The notes beneath the pieces are model-generated. The model had not been told where the DNA came from. It saw only the letters and a program-made list of their open reading frames with translations, and searched no databases. A DNA stretch of 32,216 bases from a bacterium. Its GTDB lineage: Bacteria; SZUA-182; DTGQ01. Location: NCBI GenBank assembly GCA_040752695.1, contig JBFMGO010000070.1:1-32216 (forward strand), read 5' to 3'. Positions 1-10,064 of this stretch are shown piece by piece; the first letter of the stretch is position 1; every line of letters starts with the position of its first letter. The position numbers and the translations under genes are program-made.

Positions 1-1017
1 TAATATCTTTATCTTTCGCAGGCATTATCATTTTTATCGTACTCATTTTTTGGGCTATCTTTCCCTCGGTAGCATTATTCATGGCCATAAATACACCAAG
101 GAGCAGAAGGGCAATTAAAGCTCCTTTGATCAGGGATGGCCTTTTATCGAAAAATAAAAGCACATAAGCGACAATGACCACTGCCAGATTTACGATGGCC
201 AAAATGGAAAAACTGAGACAATAGGCAATCAATATGACAATACATACGGGAAGAGAGGGTAAGAGATTTTTCCACCCGCTCAGTTTAAACCCTTTTTGCG
301 GAAATATTCTTATGAAAGCAATGCCGATTATCGAGGTCAACATCATCGAATAGTGGGACGGTTCCGGCGCGAAGGAGTGGGCGCGATACAATGCTCCCAT
401 GTTTCCGCACATTCGCCAGCCGCTGCCAAGAGAAGGATTTAACCCCTTCGCCCACGACCAGTCTGCCAGAAACCGGATAGGGGTAAAATTAACGGCCAGA
501 AATTGCCAGACTCCCAAAAAAGCGAGACAGCACATACCATAAAACAAAAACCTGACTGTACCGCAGAATTCATCCCGGGTATTTATGCAGCGATGGATAG
601 TAAAAAATAATAACATAGCCTCAAATAATCCTGTTAACTGCTTGATCCCCTTGACCTCATGGCCCGTGAATTGAAAAAGGTGAAAGCCGACAGCAAACGA
701 AATAAGAGCGGCCATGAAAAACAGGAGCAGATACTTTTCACAGGTGTCAAACCGTCGTGCACGGCCATGATTGAGGAAAAAATCTCTCAAAAGGAAGATA
801 AACGCCAGAGAGAAAAACAGGTGCCCCACCTCGATCCCCTCTCCCAATACAGGAAGGGCAAAAATCTGGAATGGAATAGAAAAGGCTGCCAGTTTGAGAG
901 AACCAAGGGCAACCTGAGTACTCTTTACTTTCGTGGCAGTCCCCCGCTCACTGGCAATACCCCGGTAATGGAAAAGGGAAAAATTGCACAGGGAAAAAAT
1001 GAAAATACTGTATTCAT
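1..1017 (-). CDS. Wzy/O-antigen ligase-like polytopic membrane protein (3' end runs off window; start uncertain)
   Basis: Absent from the ORF track. My manual translation of the minus strand from about 1015 to about 340 is open and hydrophobic (SLKLAAFSIPFQIFALPVLG...LAFLGVWQFL...LYRAHSFAPEPSHYSMML). The R-x2-S-F-x-x-E-P-S segment resembles Wzy/WaaL loops. It lies downstream in a wzx operon. The ATG at 1017 is in a different frame (see findings). Confidence 0.65.
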
Positions 1018-3248
1018 CTATTGATATAGCCCAAAGAACGGAGTCGTTCTCTTGCGGCGGGGGAGAGCTTTCTTTTCGGTTCAAAATTCGCCCTGGCATT
1101 GGTGAATGTATGCAAAGAGTTTAAATATCCGTCGAGTTCCTCTTCAAGAATCCTTGTCTTCCCGGTGTCGCGGATGGCGTTCGACTCCCTGGGATCGGAT
1201 TTTAAGTCATATACTTCTGCGCATCCGTCCACTGACCGGATCAGTTTACATCCCGGCAGATGGCTGGAATACAGGGCTATGCGGCCCTGATCCTGACTGG
1301 CCGACCTGTCCGAGCAGTCTTTCCGGGTTTCAGAACTGCCGGAGCGGTCTTTCCGGGTTTCAGAGCCCTTTGCTTTTGCTGTATGGCCATATACTTCCGA
1401 GACTACCGGATGGTTCGCTTCACTGAACGGTTCTCCCTGAACAAAGGGAGGTATTGCGATATTGGCCAGGTTGAGGACTTCAGCAAACAGGTCAATATGT
1501 TGAATCATCTTATCGATTCTTTTACCTTTCTTTTTCCCGAAAGGGTACTTCACGATCAGCGGGACATGAACTAATTCCTGATAAAGCCAGGATTTGTTAT
1601 GACCGAAATCGCCATGTTCTCCCAAAAGCTCGCCATGGTCAGAAGTAACGATGACAGCAGCACTCTCATAGAGGGTCATCTTCTTGAGAGATGTAAAGAG
1701 TGAGCCGATTTCATGATCGACACTGGCCAGCTCATTGTCATACCAGAGTCGAATTTTTTCCCTTTTTTTCTCGTCCGAGAAGGAGGGGTTCGGAGGCATC
1801 GTAAACCGTTTCGCATAAGGAGAAGGTAAATAATTAAACCCGTGGGTTTCCATATAGTTTATGAACAAAAACCAGGGGCCGCTTCCTCTTGCTCTTCTCA
1901 GCCAGTCAAGGGCTATTTGATTTATCCTTTTGGCAGAATTCGAACACTGTATTCCACAAATCCTGAATAGAGAGGAATTTTCCGCCTTAAACATTCTAAA
2001 CCCGATAATGTACAAAAAAAGAGAACAATCCCTGGCACCTCCCCACCAGTAATACCCGAATCCCTGGTTAAGGCCGGTCCATGGTGCCAGGTATCCGTGA
2101 TTTGCAACTACGGCTCCGGTACGATATCCATGCTCTGCCAATAATTCGGCCAGGGTATCGAATTGCTCCTTCAGCGGTAATCCGATGTTTCCTTCTGTTT
2201 CTCCGCGCACCGCACCATGTAAACGGCTGCTGAGGCCGGTAAATAAGGAAGCATGTGAGGGCAGTGTCCAGGGTGCTGAAGAAATTGCATTCTTAAAAAG
2301 AACAGCTTCTTCCGCGAATCGAGAAAGGTGAGGAGTGGTGACGTTTTGGTAGCCGTATAAAGACATATCCGCTGCTCTGGTTGTATCCATGACAATGAGA
2401 ACAATATTAGGCGTATTCTCAAGTGCATTCCAAGGCGCATTTTCAGGCACATTCCCCAATCCTTTTTTCCGTGTACCAAAAGGTGCAGCTTGTTGAAAGG
2501 CAAAGCGGTCCCGAACCGGGCAGAGGAAATGTAATTCTCCGAAAAGGAGGAAAATGGCCAATAGCATGGCAAGCAATATCTTACCTGCTCTCCCGGTACT
2601 CTTCCTTTTGCCGAGGATGACAACAAGGGAAAAGGGTATGAGCATACAAAAAAGCAGTATGAAACACAGTGAAATCATCCAGTGATCGTTTTGCAGCTCC
2701 GATGCGACCAGAAACGATCCGGAAATACCTGAAAAACCAAAGAGGATAATTGCCGGAAGGTAATTATTGATAAAAAACTCTCCCGGTTTATCGTTCCAAA
2801 TAGTATACAGGTAAACACAGATGCAAAAGAAAAGGATAAAAAGCAAAGTGCATACGATCACATTGGTGAATGAATAACACGTGCCGGGAAAACACTTGAC
2901 GGCCTGAAGTATTGTATATAAGAAAGCCGGTGAAAAAAAAGCCAGGATAAAGAGGGAGTTTCTTATCAGGGGTTCATGATCCGGCTTGAATTTTGAGTAA
3001 ACCTTAAGGATTAAAAAACTGATTCCAAGAGGCATAAAGCAGAGCAGTGGACCGATGACTACCCAGGTAACTGCTGAAAATACATAGTACGGCCAGTACT
3101 TGCCCAAAAAGAAAAAGACAAAAAAATCCTCCAGACCGGCAAAAAGAGCAAAGGGCAGGAAAATCCGTGCTATCAGCCGAGGAGCGCTGAGCCGTGAGGG
3201 AAGAAAGGATTTTTCCGTAATCAAGGGCATGGTTTTCGGTATTATCAT
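1014..3248 (-). CDS. Membrane-anchored sulfatase-fold (alkaline phosphatase superfamily) hydrolase/transferase
   Basis: Multi-TM N-terminus, then PNIVLIVMDTTRA, APWTLPSHASLFTG, SDHGE, and a C-terminal RLRSLGY. Start placed at ATG 3248, which follows an AAGGAGG RBS. Confidence 0.85.
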   Translation of the reverse strand: MIIPKTMPLITEKSFLPSRLSAPRLIARIFLPFALFAGLEDFFVFFFLGKYWPYYVFSAVTWVVIGPLLCFMPLGISFLILKVYSKFKPDHEPLIRNSLFILAFFSPAFLYTILQAVKCFPGTCYSFTNVIVCTLLFILFFCICVYLYTIWNDKPGEFFINNYLPAIILFGFSGISGSFLVASELQNDHWMISLCFILLFCMLIPFSLVVILGKRKSTGRAGKILLAMLLAIFLLFGELHFLCPVRDRFAFQQAAPFGTRKKGLGNVPENAPWNALENTPNIVLIVMDTTRAADMSLYGYQNVTTPHLSRFAEEAVLFKNAISSAPWTLPSHASLFTGLSSRLHGAVRGETEGNIGLPLKEQFDTLAELLAEHGYRTGAVVANHGYLAPWTGLNQGFGYYWWGGARDCSLFLYIIGFRMFKAENSSLFRICGIQCSNSAKRINQIALDWLRRARGSGPWFLFINYMETHGFNYLPSPYAKRFTMPPNPSFSDEKKREKIRLWYDNELASVDHEIGSLFTSLKKMTLYESAAVIVTSDHGELLGEHGDFGHNKSWLYQELVHVPLIVKYPFGKKKGKRIDKMIQHIDLFAEVLNLANIAIPPFVQGEPFSEANHPVVSEVYGHTAKAKGSETRKDRSGSSETRKDCSDRSASQDQGRIALYSSHLPGCKLIRSVDGCAEVYDLKSDPRESNAIRDTGKTRILEEELDGYLNSLHTFTNARANFEPKRKLSPAARERLRSLGYINR
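1317..1364. repeat. 30-nt-period in-frame duplication (SETRKD x2)
   Basis: GTCTTTCCGGGTTTCAGA at 1317 and 1347. Confidence 0.9.
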
Positions 3249-3277
3249 GATTAGCGCCTCCTTAATAATGCCTCCTC

Positions 3278-4126
3278 TTATAGAAGTTTTCTGAGCATCA
3301 GGGGGAAATTGGCCATTTTCATTTGTAACTCTCCGACATATCGCCACAGCTTGAGACCTCTTTTGTGGTAAAGGAGGGAATGTTTCTTTCGTATTCTCGA
3401 TAATTCCTCCAGCCTTAACTTACGATGCCGCGCGCTTTGGGAATTTTGGTGCAGGCGAAAAGCAGCGATTGTTCCCTTGATATAATCGATCCGGAATTGC
3501 TGCCCGACTCTCAGGTAAAAGTCAAAATCTCCTGCCATTTTAAAGCTCTCATCGAAATATATTCCAGCCTGGTGAATGCTGTTTCTCCAAAAAGTAGTAG
3601 GCTGGGCAATGCTGCTCCAGGTGAGCGCTGCGAACCTGCGTAATGTGAACGGAAGGTAGCGGTACGTATAGAGGCAATCTCCATTCGCATCGATAAAAAG
3701 ACAATTGCTATAGATAAGAGCGGCTTGCGGCTCTTTTTGGAAGTGTTCAACAGCGGCCCGAAAAGCATCCGGCAGGTAAAGATCGTCCGAATTAAGGTAA
3801 GCGATGATTTCCCCCCTAGCCATGCGCAATCCCTTATTGATGGCATGATACATCCCTTTGTCCGGCTCGCTTATCCAGTACGAAAGGCAATGCCGGTACT
3901 TTTTGATAATCTCCACACTCCCGTCCATTGAGCCGCCATCGATGACGATATACTCAAGGTTCGGATAATGCTGGTTCAAGACGCTCAATATGGCAGTCTC
4001 CAGGAATACGGCCTGGTTGTAGGAGGGCGTAATAACGGAAATCCTGGGATAAGCCTGCCTTGTGGTACGGGCATGACCAAAGGGCAAACGGGCATGACCG
4101 AAGGGCAACAGATGCTCATCCTGCAC
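3278..4126 (-). CDS. Glycosyltransferase family 2
   Basis: PRISVITPSYNQ, IDGGSMDGS, YLNSDD, GDFDF motifs. GTG at 4126 chosen because it avoids overlap with the upstream GT4; start uncertain. Confidence 0.9.
   Translation of the reverse strand: MQDEHLLPFGHARLPFGHARTTRQAYPRISVITPSYNQAVFLETAILSVLNQHYPNLEYIVIDGGSMDGSVEIIKKYRHCLSYWISEPDKGMYHAINKGLRMARGEIIAYLNSDDLYLPDAFRAAVEHFQKEPQAALIYSNCLFIDANGDCLYTYRYLPFTLRRFAALTWSSIAQPTTFWRNSIHQAGIYFDESFKMAGDFDFYLRVGQQFRIDYIKGTIAAFRLHQNSQSARHRKLRLEELSRIRKKHSLLYHKRGLKLWRYVGELQMKMANFPLMLRKLL
4067..4108. repeat. 21-nt tandem duplication (LPFGHAR x2)
   Basis: ACGGGCATGACC(A/G)AAGGGCAA twice, one mismatch. Confidence 0.9.
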
Positions 4127-4157
4127 CTTTTTATCCTGCCGGGAGTCTTTTGGTTGC

Positions 4158-5264
4158 TTATAGTCTCTTGTAGATATTGTATGTCTCCCGGCTGCACCGG
4201 TCCCATCCGAATTGTGCAGCCTGCTCAAGACCGAGACGTCTGAGTTCATCGGACCTGCTCTTTGAAAAGACGACACGCTCAAGAGCGCTCATGATATGTT
4301 CGACCTCATAGGGATTGAAAACTTCCGCAGCTTCACCGACAATTTCGGGCAAAGAGCCGGTGTTGCTGCATACGACGGGACACCGAAGTGCCATAGCCTC
4401 GATGGGCGGGATGCCGAATCCTTCATACAGTGAGGGATAGACAAAAGCTTGTGCCCGGTCATATAAACCAGCCAGCGTATCGTCATTCCCAAAAATCTGA
4501 ATCACCTGCGCGGCGTCCAGATTCAGGTCCCGGATCATCTTGATTTCACCGGGGTCAAAAGCTCCTCCGCCAAAACAGACCAGGCTGACAGCATCTTTCA
4601 ACCGCTGTGATGCGGCATACGCTCTCAGCAGGTTCTTGAAATTCTTATGCCCCTTACGCTGACCTACATAGAGTATGAAGGGCCGCTCGATGATCGGCGA
4701 TCCTGGACCCATAGTGCGCACCCGAAGCGAACATCCATGATACACTACCGATACCCTGTCTGCACCGATACGGTAGAGATTCAACACATCATTCCTTGTA
4801 TTCTGTGAGACACAGATGATGTGATCGGCACGGCTGACGGCAGCTTTTTTGAGAACTGCAACACGATCAGCAGGTGGAAAACATTCGGCAAATTTTTCAT
4901 GGATCATGTCGTGGATGGTGATTACTACCTTCGATTTGTCGTTCCCGGCTGTTTTTCGCGGATAGTATGCCTTGTAGTACGTCTCATGGATAATATTGGG
5001 CCGCCACTTTTCCAGGTAATATCGTGTAGCTATGCCGTTGCATAATTGCCTGATTTTACTGGTCTTGGGAATATGCGGAACATAAAAACCAACGAAACTG
5101 TTCAGAGAGTGGGATTTCAGGTAATCGTTTCTATGAGCCAGGGCGCAAAGAGTGACCCGTGCTTCATCGAAGCGGGAGATTCTCGCAGCGATTTCAGAGA
5201 AATACCGGGAGATCCCACCATAAGACTGCAACGAAAATATCTGATAGTCATAAAAAATCTTCAT
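4158..5264 (-). CDS. Glycosyltransferase family 4 (GT-B)
   Basis: [22 protein letters not shown] start, [23 protein letters not shown]. The ATG at 5264 overlaps the upstream TGA (ATGA). Confidence 0.92.
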   Translation of the reverse strand: MKIFYDYQIFSLQSYGGISRYFSEIAARISRFDEARVTLCALAHRNDYLKSHSLNSFVGFYVPHIPKTSKIRQLCNGIATRYYLEKWRPNIIHETYYKAYYPRKTAGNDKSKVVITIHDMIHEKFAECFPPADRVAVLKKAAVSRADHIICVSQNTRNDVLNLYRIGADRVSVVYHGCSLRVRTMGPGSPIIERPFILYVGQRKGHKNFKNLLRAYAASQRLKDAVSLVCFGGGAFDPGEIKMIRDLNLDAAQVIQIFGNDDTLAGLYDRAQAFVYPSLYEGFGIPPIEAMALRCPVVCSNTGSLPEIVGEAAEVFNPYEVEHIMSALERVVFSKSRSDELRRLGLEQAAQFGWDRCSRETYNIYKRL

Positions 5265-6475
5265 ACCGGCGAATGGGGTCTCCATTCGTCCAAAATAGTT
5301 CTCAAGGTAGATTTCAGCTTTTCGCTGAAGGCATCGAGAGAGTGGCTGAGCGAGGTTTCCACGGCACAGGCATAACTTCTCTCCTCTAACTGCCGCGGAC
5401 TCAGAAGCATCGCCTCGTCAAGAGCCTGTCTTATACTGGCTTCATTCGCAGCCTGTATCCTTATTCCAAAGCCATTTCCGGGAATGCCCGACTCTCTGGT
5501 CACTATGGGAATGAGGCCGGCATTGGCCATGACGTTAATCACCGAACTCGCTTCTCCTTCCGAACAGGAAGGGAAAATCACGAAACCGCATCGTTTAACC
5601 AGCTTTTTGAATAATCTGGTGCTTAAATCCACAAATCCATAGGTATGGATATTTCCCGTACCATAAAGCTCCTTGGAATAACACCTTTTAAATTTGGGCT
5701 CACGATCGATCGGGCCGCAAATGTGCAAGTGTCTCTCCGGCAGTTGCTTAAATATTTCCAGGAGTAAGTCCAGGCCCTTATGGATAAGCCCGGAGCTTCC
5801 GAACCAGAGATAGTGCTTTCTGGCTTCCGAAAAGTCCTTGCCCCTCACTACCTCCCGAAAGTCAACGATCTTATAATAGGTTACCGGCATAAGGTAAATC
5901 TTTTTCCGAAAGTATTTTCTGTATGAACCTGCAACAACCTCATTCCCCAGGGTGATTATCGCATCTGCCAGTGTTGTCTGAACAGACCAGGATTTATCGA
6001 CGATCCTTCCGGATTCCAGAAGCCATACCCCTTTTTTATGATAGACCTCTTCAATCCGTTTTAAGGTGGCATGGTTTTGATGGCAGACATGCATGCCTGT
6101 CCCATAAAAAATCGTGAGTATATCGTTGTTCCTTTTGTAATAGCTCCTTATCAAGGGCTCGCCAAAGCCGAATATCACATCATACCGTGAGTAATCCAGG
6201 GCACCCCGAAACCGGTAATCCGCTACATCGACCCGAAAGCCAAGGCCGTCAAAGACCCTGGCGATTTCAATGGATTCTCTGGTATTGGTATGTGACAGTT
6301 TTATCCCCTTCCTGAAAGGAAAGGCAATGTAGGATATGAGCACACACTTGGGATAGTCCCTTTTGAAAAAATTCCTTACGGGCCTGTCTAAAAAGGACAC
6401 CTTAATATCCATTAACGTTTCCCTGACATTTTCAGGCACCATATCTTTGACACATTCCGGAATATATTCTCTCAT
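5261..6475 (-). CDS. GT-B fold glycosyltransferase (GT4-like)
   Basis: HKGLDLLLE and FPSCSEG...GLIPIVT motifs; operon context. Confidence 0.8.
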   Translation of the reverse strand: MREYIPECVKDMVPENVRETLMDIKVSFLDRPVRNFFKRDYPKCVLISYIAFPFRKGIKLSHTNTRESIEIARVFDGLGFRVDVADYRFRGALDYSRYDVIFGFGEPLIRSYYKRNNDILTIFYGTGMHVCHQNHATLKRIEEVYHKKGVWLLESGRIVDKSWSVQTTLADAIITLGNEVVAGSYRKYFRKKIYLMPVTYYKIVDFREVVRGKDFSEARKHYLWFGSSGLIHKGLDLLLEIFKQLPERHLHICGPIDREPKFKRCYSKELYGTGNIHTYGFVDLSTRLFKKLVKRCGFVIFPSCSEGEASSVINVMANAGLIPIVTRESGIPGNGFGIRIQAANEASIRQALDEAMLLSPRQLEERSYACAVETSLSHSLDAFSEKLKSTLRTILDEWRPHSPV

Positions 6476-6565
6476 GGGTCCTGTTTTCTCCCTAAAGCCC
6501 TTAAGGTCTCATTTCCCTCACCGCAGCCCTTAAAGGGGATTTGCCAGGAGGGAAATGCCCACTGT

Positions 6566-7564
6566 TCAATAACTGGCCGGGGAATTCCCCCGCACCCTGT
6601 TTTTGAGTTCCCGGAAGGCATTACCTATGCGCCTTTTGGGGCCGCCTGTCGATGAAAGGACATTACGAAAAGTTACCGTATCACAGAGGATATGGGGAGT
6701 TACATTCCGGGGGTGCCTGATTGCATTCAAGTTCATTGCCCTGACAGGCATCTGAATGAACCTGCTCGGCTTACGGCCGGTATGAGTACCCTCTATCCCG
6801 ATGTTGGATATGAGATTAGCCGCTGGAACAATGGCCAATCCGTTATTAAATATGCACGAGTAGCACCATTGAATGTCCCAGGTATTGATCTTGTCGTTAT
6901 AGACGGCATCAAACATGCCGGTATAAAATTTTACAATTTCTCTGGAAGGATAGAGCCAGGTCAGGCTTTTTTTCCTTTTATGGGTGAGCCAATGTGATAC
7001 TTTCCTGTCATAGAGCTCCCACGATCTTTTCCAGGTTGCCCATCCCCATATGGCATAATATTTTGAAAAGAAATAACTTTCATCAATACTAACCTGATCG
7101 AAAAGGTAATTTGTACCGGAAATCATCATTACTCTTTTATCATCACGATAACGCTCCAACAGCATCTGGCAAAACCAGAAGAATTCCTGGCATGGCCAAC
7201 AATCATCCTCTAAAATAATCCCTTCTTTGACATGCTCGAAAAACCAATCAATTGCACTGCTCACAGAAGCTTTGCATCCCAGATTTTCCTTGCGAAAAAG
7301 CGTTCTTACCTCACAGTTCCAATCAACGGCTGTGACTATTTCCCTTGTCTTTTGACACCGCTCCCCTTCCCCTGGTCTATGGGGCCTTGGGCCATCTGCC
7401 GCTACGAAGAGGCGAAGAGGCCGTGCCTTTCTGATGGCTTCGAAAACCTTGCCGGTCGTTTCAGGGCGATTGAAGGTAAGAAAGAGTACAGGGGTAGTCA
7501 AGGGGCAGGGAGGAATGGATTCCGATTGCCCCAAAGAAGAGAGATTGGAGGTTATCTTGAACAC
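6566..7564 (-). CDS. GT-A fold nucleotide-diphospho-sugar transferase
   Basis: TPVLFLTFNRPE, ADGPR, ENLGC, GIILEDD, WGWATW, TWDIQW, NLISNIG motifs. Confidence 0.85.
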   Translation of the reverse strand: MFKITSNLSSLGQSESIPPCPLTTPVLFLTFNRPETTGKVFEAIRKARPLRLFVAADGPRPHRPGEGERCQKTREIVTAVDWNCEVRTLFRKENLGCKASVSSAIDWFFEHVKEGIILEDDCWPCQEFFWFCQMLLERYRDDKRVMMISGTNYLFDQVSIDESYFFSKYYAIWGWATWKRSWELYDRKVSHWLTHKRKKSLTWLYPSREIVKFYTGMFDAVYNDKINTWDIQWCYSCIFNNGLAIVPAANLISNIGIEGTHTGRKPSRFIQMPVRAMNLNAIRHPRNVTPHILCDTVTFRNVLSSTGGPKRRIGNAFRELKNRVRGNSPASY

Positions 7565-8907
7565 TCAAGCGACCTTCCTTTGCTCAGCGCATAGCGGATC
7601 GGAGAAAACAGAGCCAGCGTCTGCATGTATCCGCAGCAAAGGGCCGGCCGATAGAAAAAAGAACTCATATACGCCGAAATCCCTTGAGCTGCTACCGTGG
7701 CTATGGCAGCGCCAGCACCTGCATACTTCGGTATCAGGAAATAATTAAGGAGTATGTTTACCACTGCTCCGGTGGCAGTGGAAGCGAAGGAAAACACAAG
7801 TAGTCCCTCATTCAGAAGATACTGGCTGCGGCTGACGCCCAGAAAGACAAATAATCCTGCCCAGATATGAATGGCGAAAATCCTGTCCGCTCCCTGGTAA
7901 GCACTGCCGTACAGCATGTTTAATATCAAAGGAGCACACAGCGAGAAGGGAACGGCCAGCCCGTAGGCTAAAAGAGCACTGAGGTCGAAATACGCCTGCA
8001 TTCGCCTTTTGTAGGTCTCATTGCCAATCTTTTTGCTCCTCACTAAAGAGGGAAAAACGGAAGAGGCAATCAACATGGGAATAAAATACCACACCTCTGA
8101 AAGACGCACCGCGGCAGAGTAAATACCGGCGGCTTTTTCACCGGCCATTTCCAGAAGCATGATCTGGTCTGTTTTCATATAGATCATGATGGCAAAACCG
8201 GAAATAATCAGCGGCCAGGACTCTCTGATCAATTGCCTTGAACAGCGGACAGTAGGGTGCCAGAGCAGAACATCCTTCCCGTTTTTATAATAAAAGAGGA
8301 GTTCCCCTGCCGTCGTTAAAAGCCCCTGGAGGAGATACACCAGGGCAAACGGAATAAGAGAGGCTTTCTTGAGGATCAAGACCACCCTGGTGAGGGATAC
8401 GATGAAAAAAGAGGTGATTTCGGCAATGACGGTATATTTGGACTGCACCTGGGATTGAAACCATAAATGAATGGCTCTGGATGATTGAAATATCAGCCCA
8501 AAGCCTATGATCCCCACCAGCCAGCGAAGAAGGATTTCATTGGCATGCATAAGGCCCGAGATCGCGATCATGGCAATAAAAGCCGTATTACTGCCTAAAA
8601 ATTGCAGGATGAAAGTGCTGCCCAGAATCTCATTGCCTTTTTCCGGATGGTTAACGAGTTCCCTTACGACAATACCGTCCAGTCCCAGGCTGACCAACAC
8701 AGAGAAAAGTCCTGCGAAAGCAACCGCATAGTTTAACATCCCAAACTGCTGCGGCCCCAGATACCTCGCCACCCAGACACCGACGAAGAGCCCCACACCC
8801 ATCCGCAGGAATTCGTTGACAAACAGCCAGCCCATGTTGGCGATGGCTTTCTGAATGCCCGGCCGATTTTTAAGACTTACAGTGAGTACCCGCGCAGAAG
8901 AAAACAA
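7552..8907 (-). CDS. wzx: Wzx polysaccharide flippase (MOP superfamily)
   Basis: ARYLGPQQFG, LGLDGIVVRELV, IYMKTDQIML, GIYSAAVRLSEVWYF, NYFLIPKYAGAGAAIAT; many TM helices. Confidence 0.9.
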   Translation of the reverse strand: MFSSARVLTVSLKNRPGIQKAIANMGWLFVNEFLRMGVGLFVGVWVARYLGPQQFGMLNYAVAFAGLFSVLVSLGLDGIVVRELVNHPEKGNEILGSTFILQFLGSNTAFIAMIAISGLMHANEILLRWLVGIIGFGLIFQSSRAIHLWFQSQVQSKYTVIAEITSFFIVSLTRVVLILKKASLIPFALVYLLQGLLTTAGELLFYYKNGKDVLLWHPTVRCSRQLIRESWPLIISGFAIMIYMKTDQIMLLEMAGEKAAGIYSAAVRLSEVWYFIPMLIASSVFPSLVRSKKIGNETYKRRMQAYFDLSALLAYGLAVPFSLCAPLILNMLYGSAYQGADRIFAIHIWAGLFVFLGVSRSQYLLNEGLLVFSFASTATGAVVNILLNYFLIPKYAGAGAAIATVAAQGISAYMSSFFYRPALCCGYMQTLALFSPIRYALSKGRSLECSR

Positions 8908-9392
8908 AAAATCCTTTCGTGCGTAACCGTGCAGAAGATAGCAAAAGACTCTTCAGGGGGGAGTGAGGGTACGATAGATAGTTGCCGGTGCCTATATCCA
9001 TGGGCTGTAATTTTAAGGAGAGCTTCGCCCTGTAAGTTCCACGATTATTTCATATGAATGGTCATAACTTCATGGCATTCGCAAATATGGCATTCGCAAG
9101 AATAACTTCAAGAGCAACCATCAGAATAGATCACAAGCTTATTCTTTTATAATCGGATAAATTTTACTCTCTATTTACCGAAAATTTAACTTCGATAAGC
9201 CATTGGTCTTGAGCTTGATGAGCACTCCTCTTCTTTTTAAAACGCCCCCTCATTCCGTAAAAAATAATAGGGGAAAAATCCGATGTACAAGTATATCGAT
9301 AACTGTTTAGTTCAAGTTATCTCTAAAAAATTAAGTGATAGCGTATTTTTCAAGCAGTCAGCCAAATAAGAATAAAAAAGGGAGTGATCGTA

Positions 9393-9971
9393 ATGGGTAT
9401 AGCCAGAAAAATGGTCCAGCGGGTAAGAGTTAATATAGACGAGTTACTGGAGCTGCTCGCTCGATGTGCAGCCAGAGAGTGGGAAATATTTTACTACTAC
9501 ACCATCTTTAGTCCCTGTCTGAAAGATGCTGGAGGAGTAAGGCTGCAAAATATCATAGAGAAAGCCCGTATGGAAGACTATCATCATTTTGAGCGGCTGG
9601 TTTCGTTTATTTCCGAGATGGGAGGTGAATTTCCCATGGATTTCGGAGAATTCCCCCGGCTTTCGGTTCATGCGGATCCACCACCTTCAGTCTGGGATCA
9701 ATCGGATGAGAGGATAGCTCTGAAAGTGCTCATCGATGCCGAAAAGTGTACCGTACAGACGTATACGAATATTTATCATCTTACCGAGGGGAAGGACAGT
9801 AATGCCAACCACATGGTGTCCTCTCTTCTGGAAGAGGAATTAAAGCACAGGCGTGAATTGCTCGCCGTCCTGGAGCCTGATGCCAGACATCCAAGAGGGA
9901 AGAAGCTGGAGCGGCATTCGCCTTCATTGTTCAGTTGCTCTGTTTTTAACCCTGATCTTCGTTTGTTTTAA
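9393..9971 (+). CDS. Dps-like (DPSL-type) ferritin-superfamily protein, divergent
   Basis: E-x3-YYYT, ARMEDYHHFE, AEKC...Y...TEGKD, EEELKH. ATG 9393 follows an AAGGGAGTGAT RBS. Confidence 0.8.
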   Translation: MGIARKMVQRVRVNIDELLELLARCAAREWEIFYYYTIFSPCLKDAGGVRLQNIIEKARMEDYHHFERLVSFISEMGGEFPMDFGEFPRLSVHADPPPSVWDQSDERIALKVLIDAEKCTVQTYTNIYHLTEGKDSNANHMVSSLLEEELKHRRELLAVLEPDARHPRGKKLERHSPSLFSCSVFNPDLRLF

Positions 9972-10040
9972 GACAGGCTATGTACTTTATAAGGCAGGCC
10001 ACATACTCATGAAGGCAGGACAACACAATAAAGGCGGCAT
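9970..10040. repeat. Degenerate ~21-nt tandem array between convergent genes
   Basis: AAG(A/G)CAGG at 9970, 9991, 10012; AAGGCGG at 10031. Confidence 0.6.
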
Positions 10041-10064
10041 ATGGAACTCACAAATCATATACAC

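Noticed and set aside
659..1024. 121-aa plus-strand ORF
   Set aside because: Lys-rich antisense shadow of the hydrophobic minus-strand Wzy-like frame.
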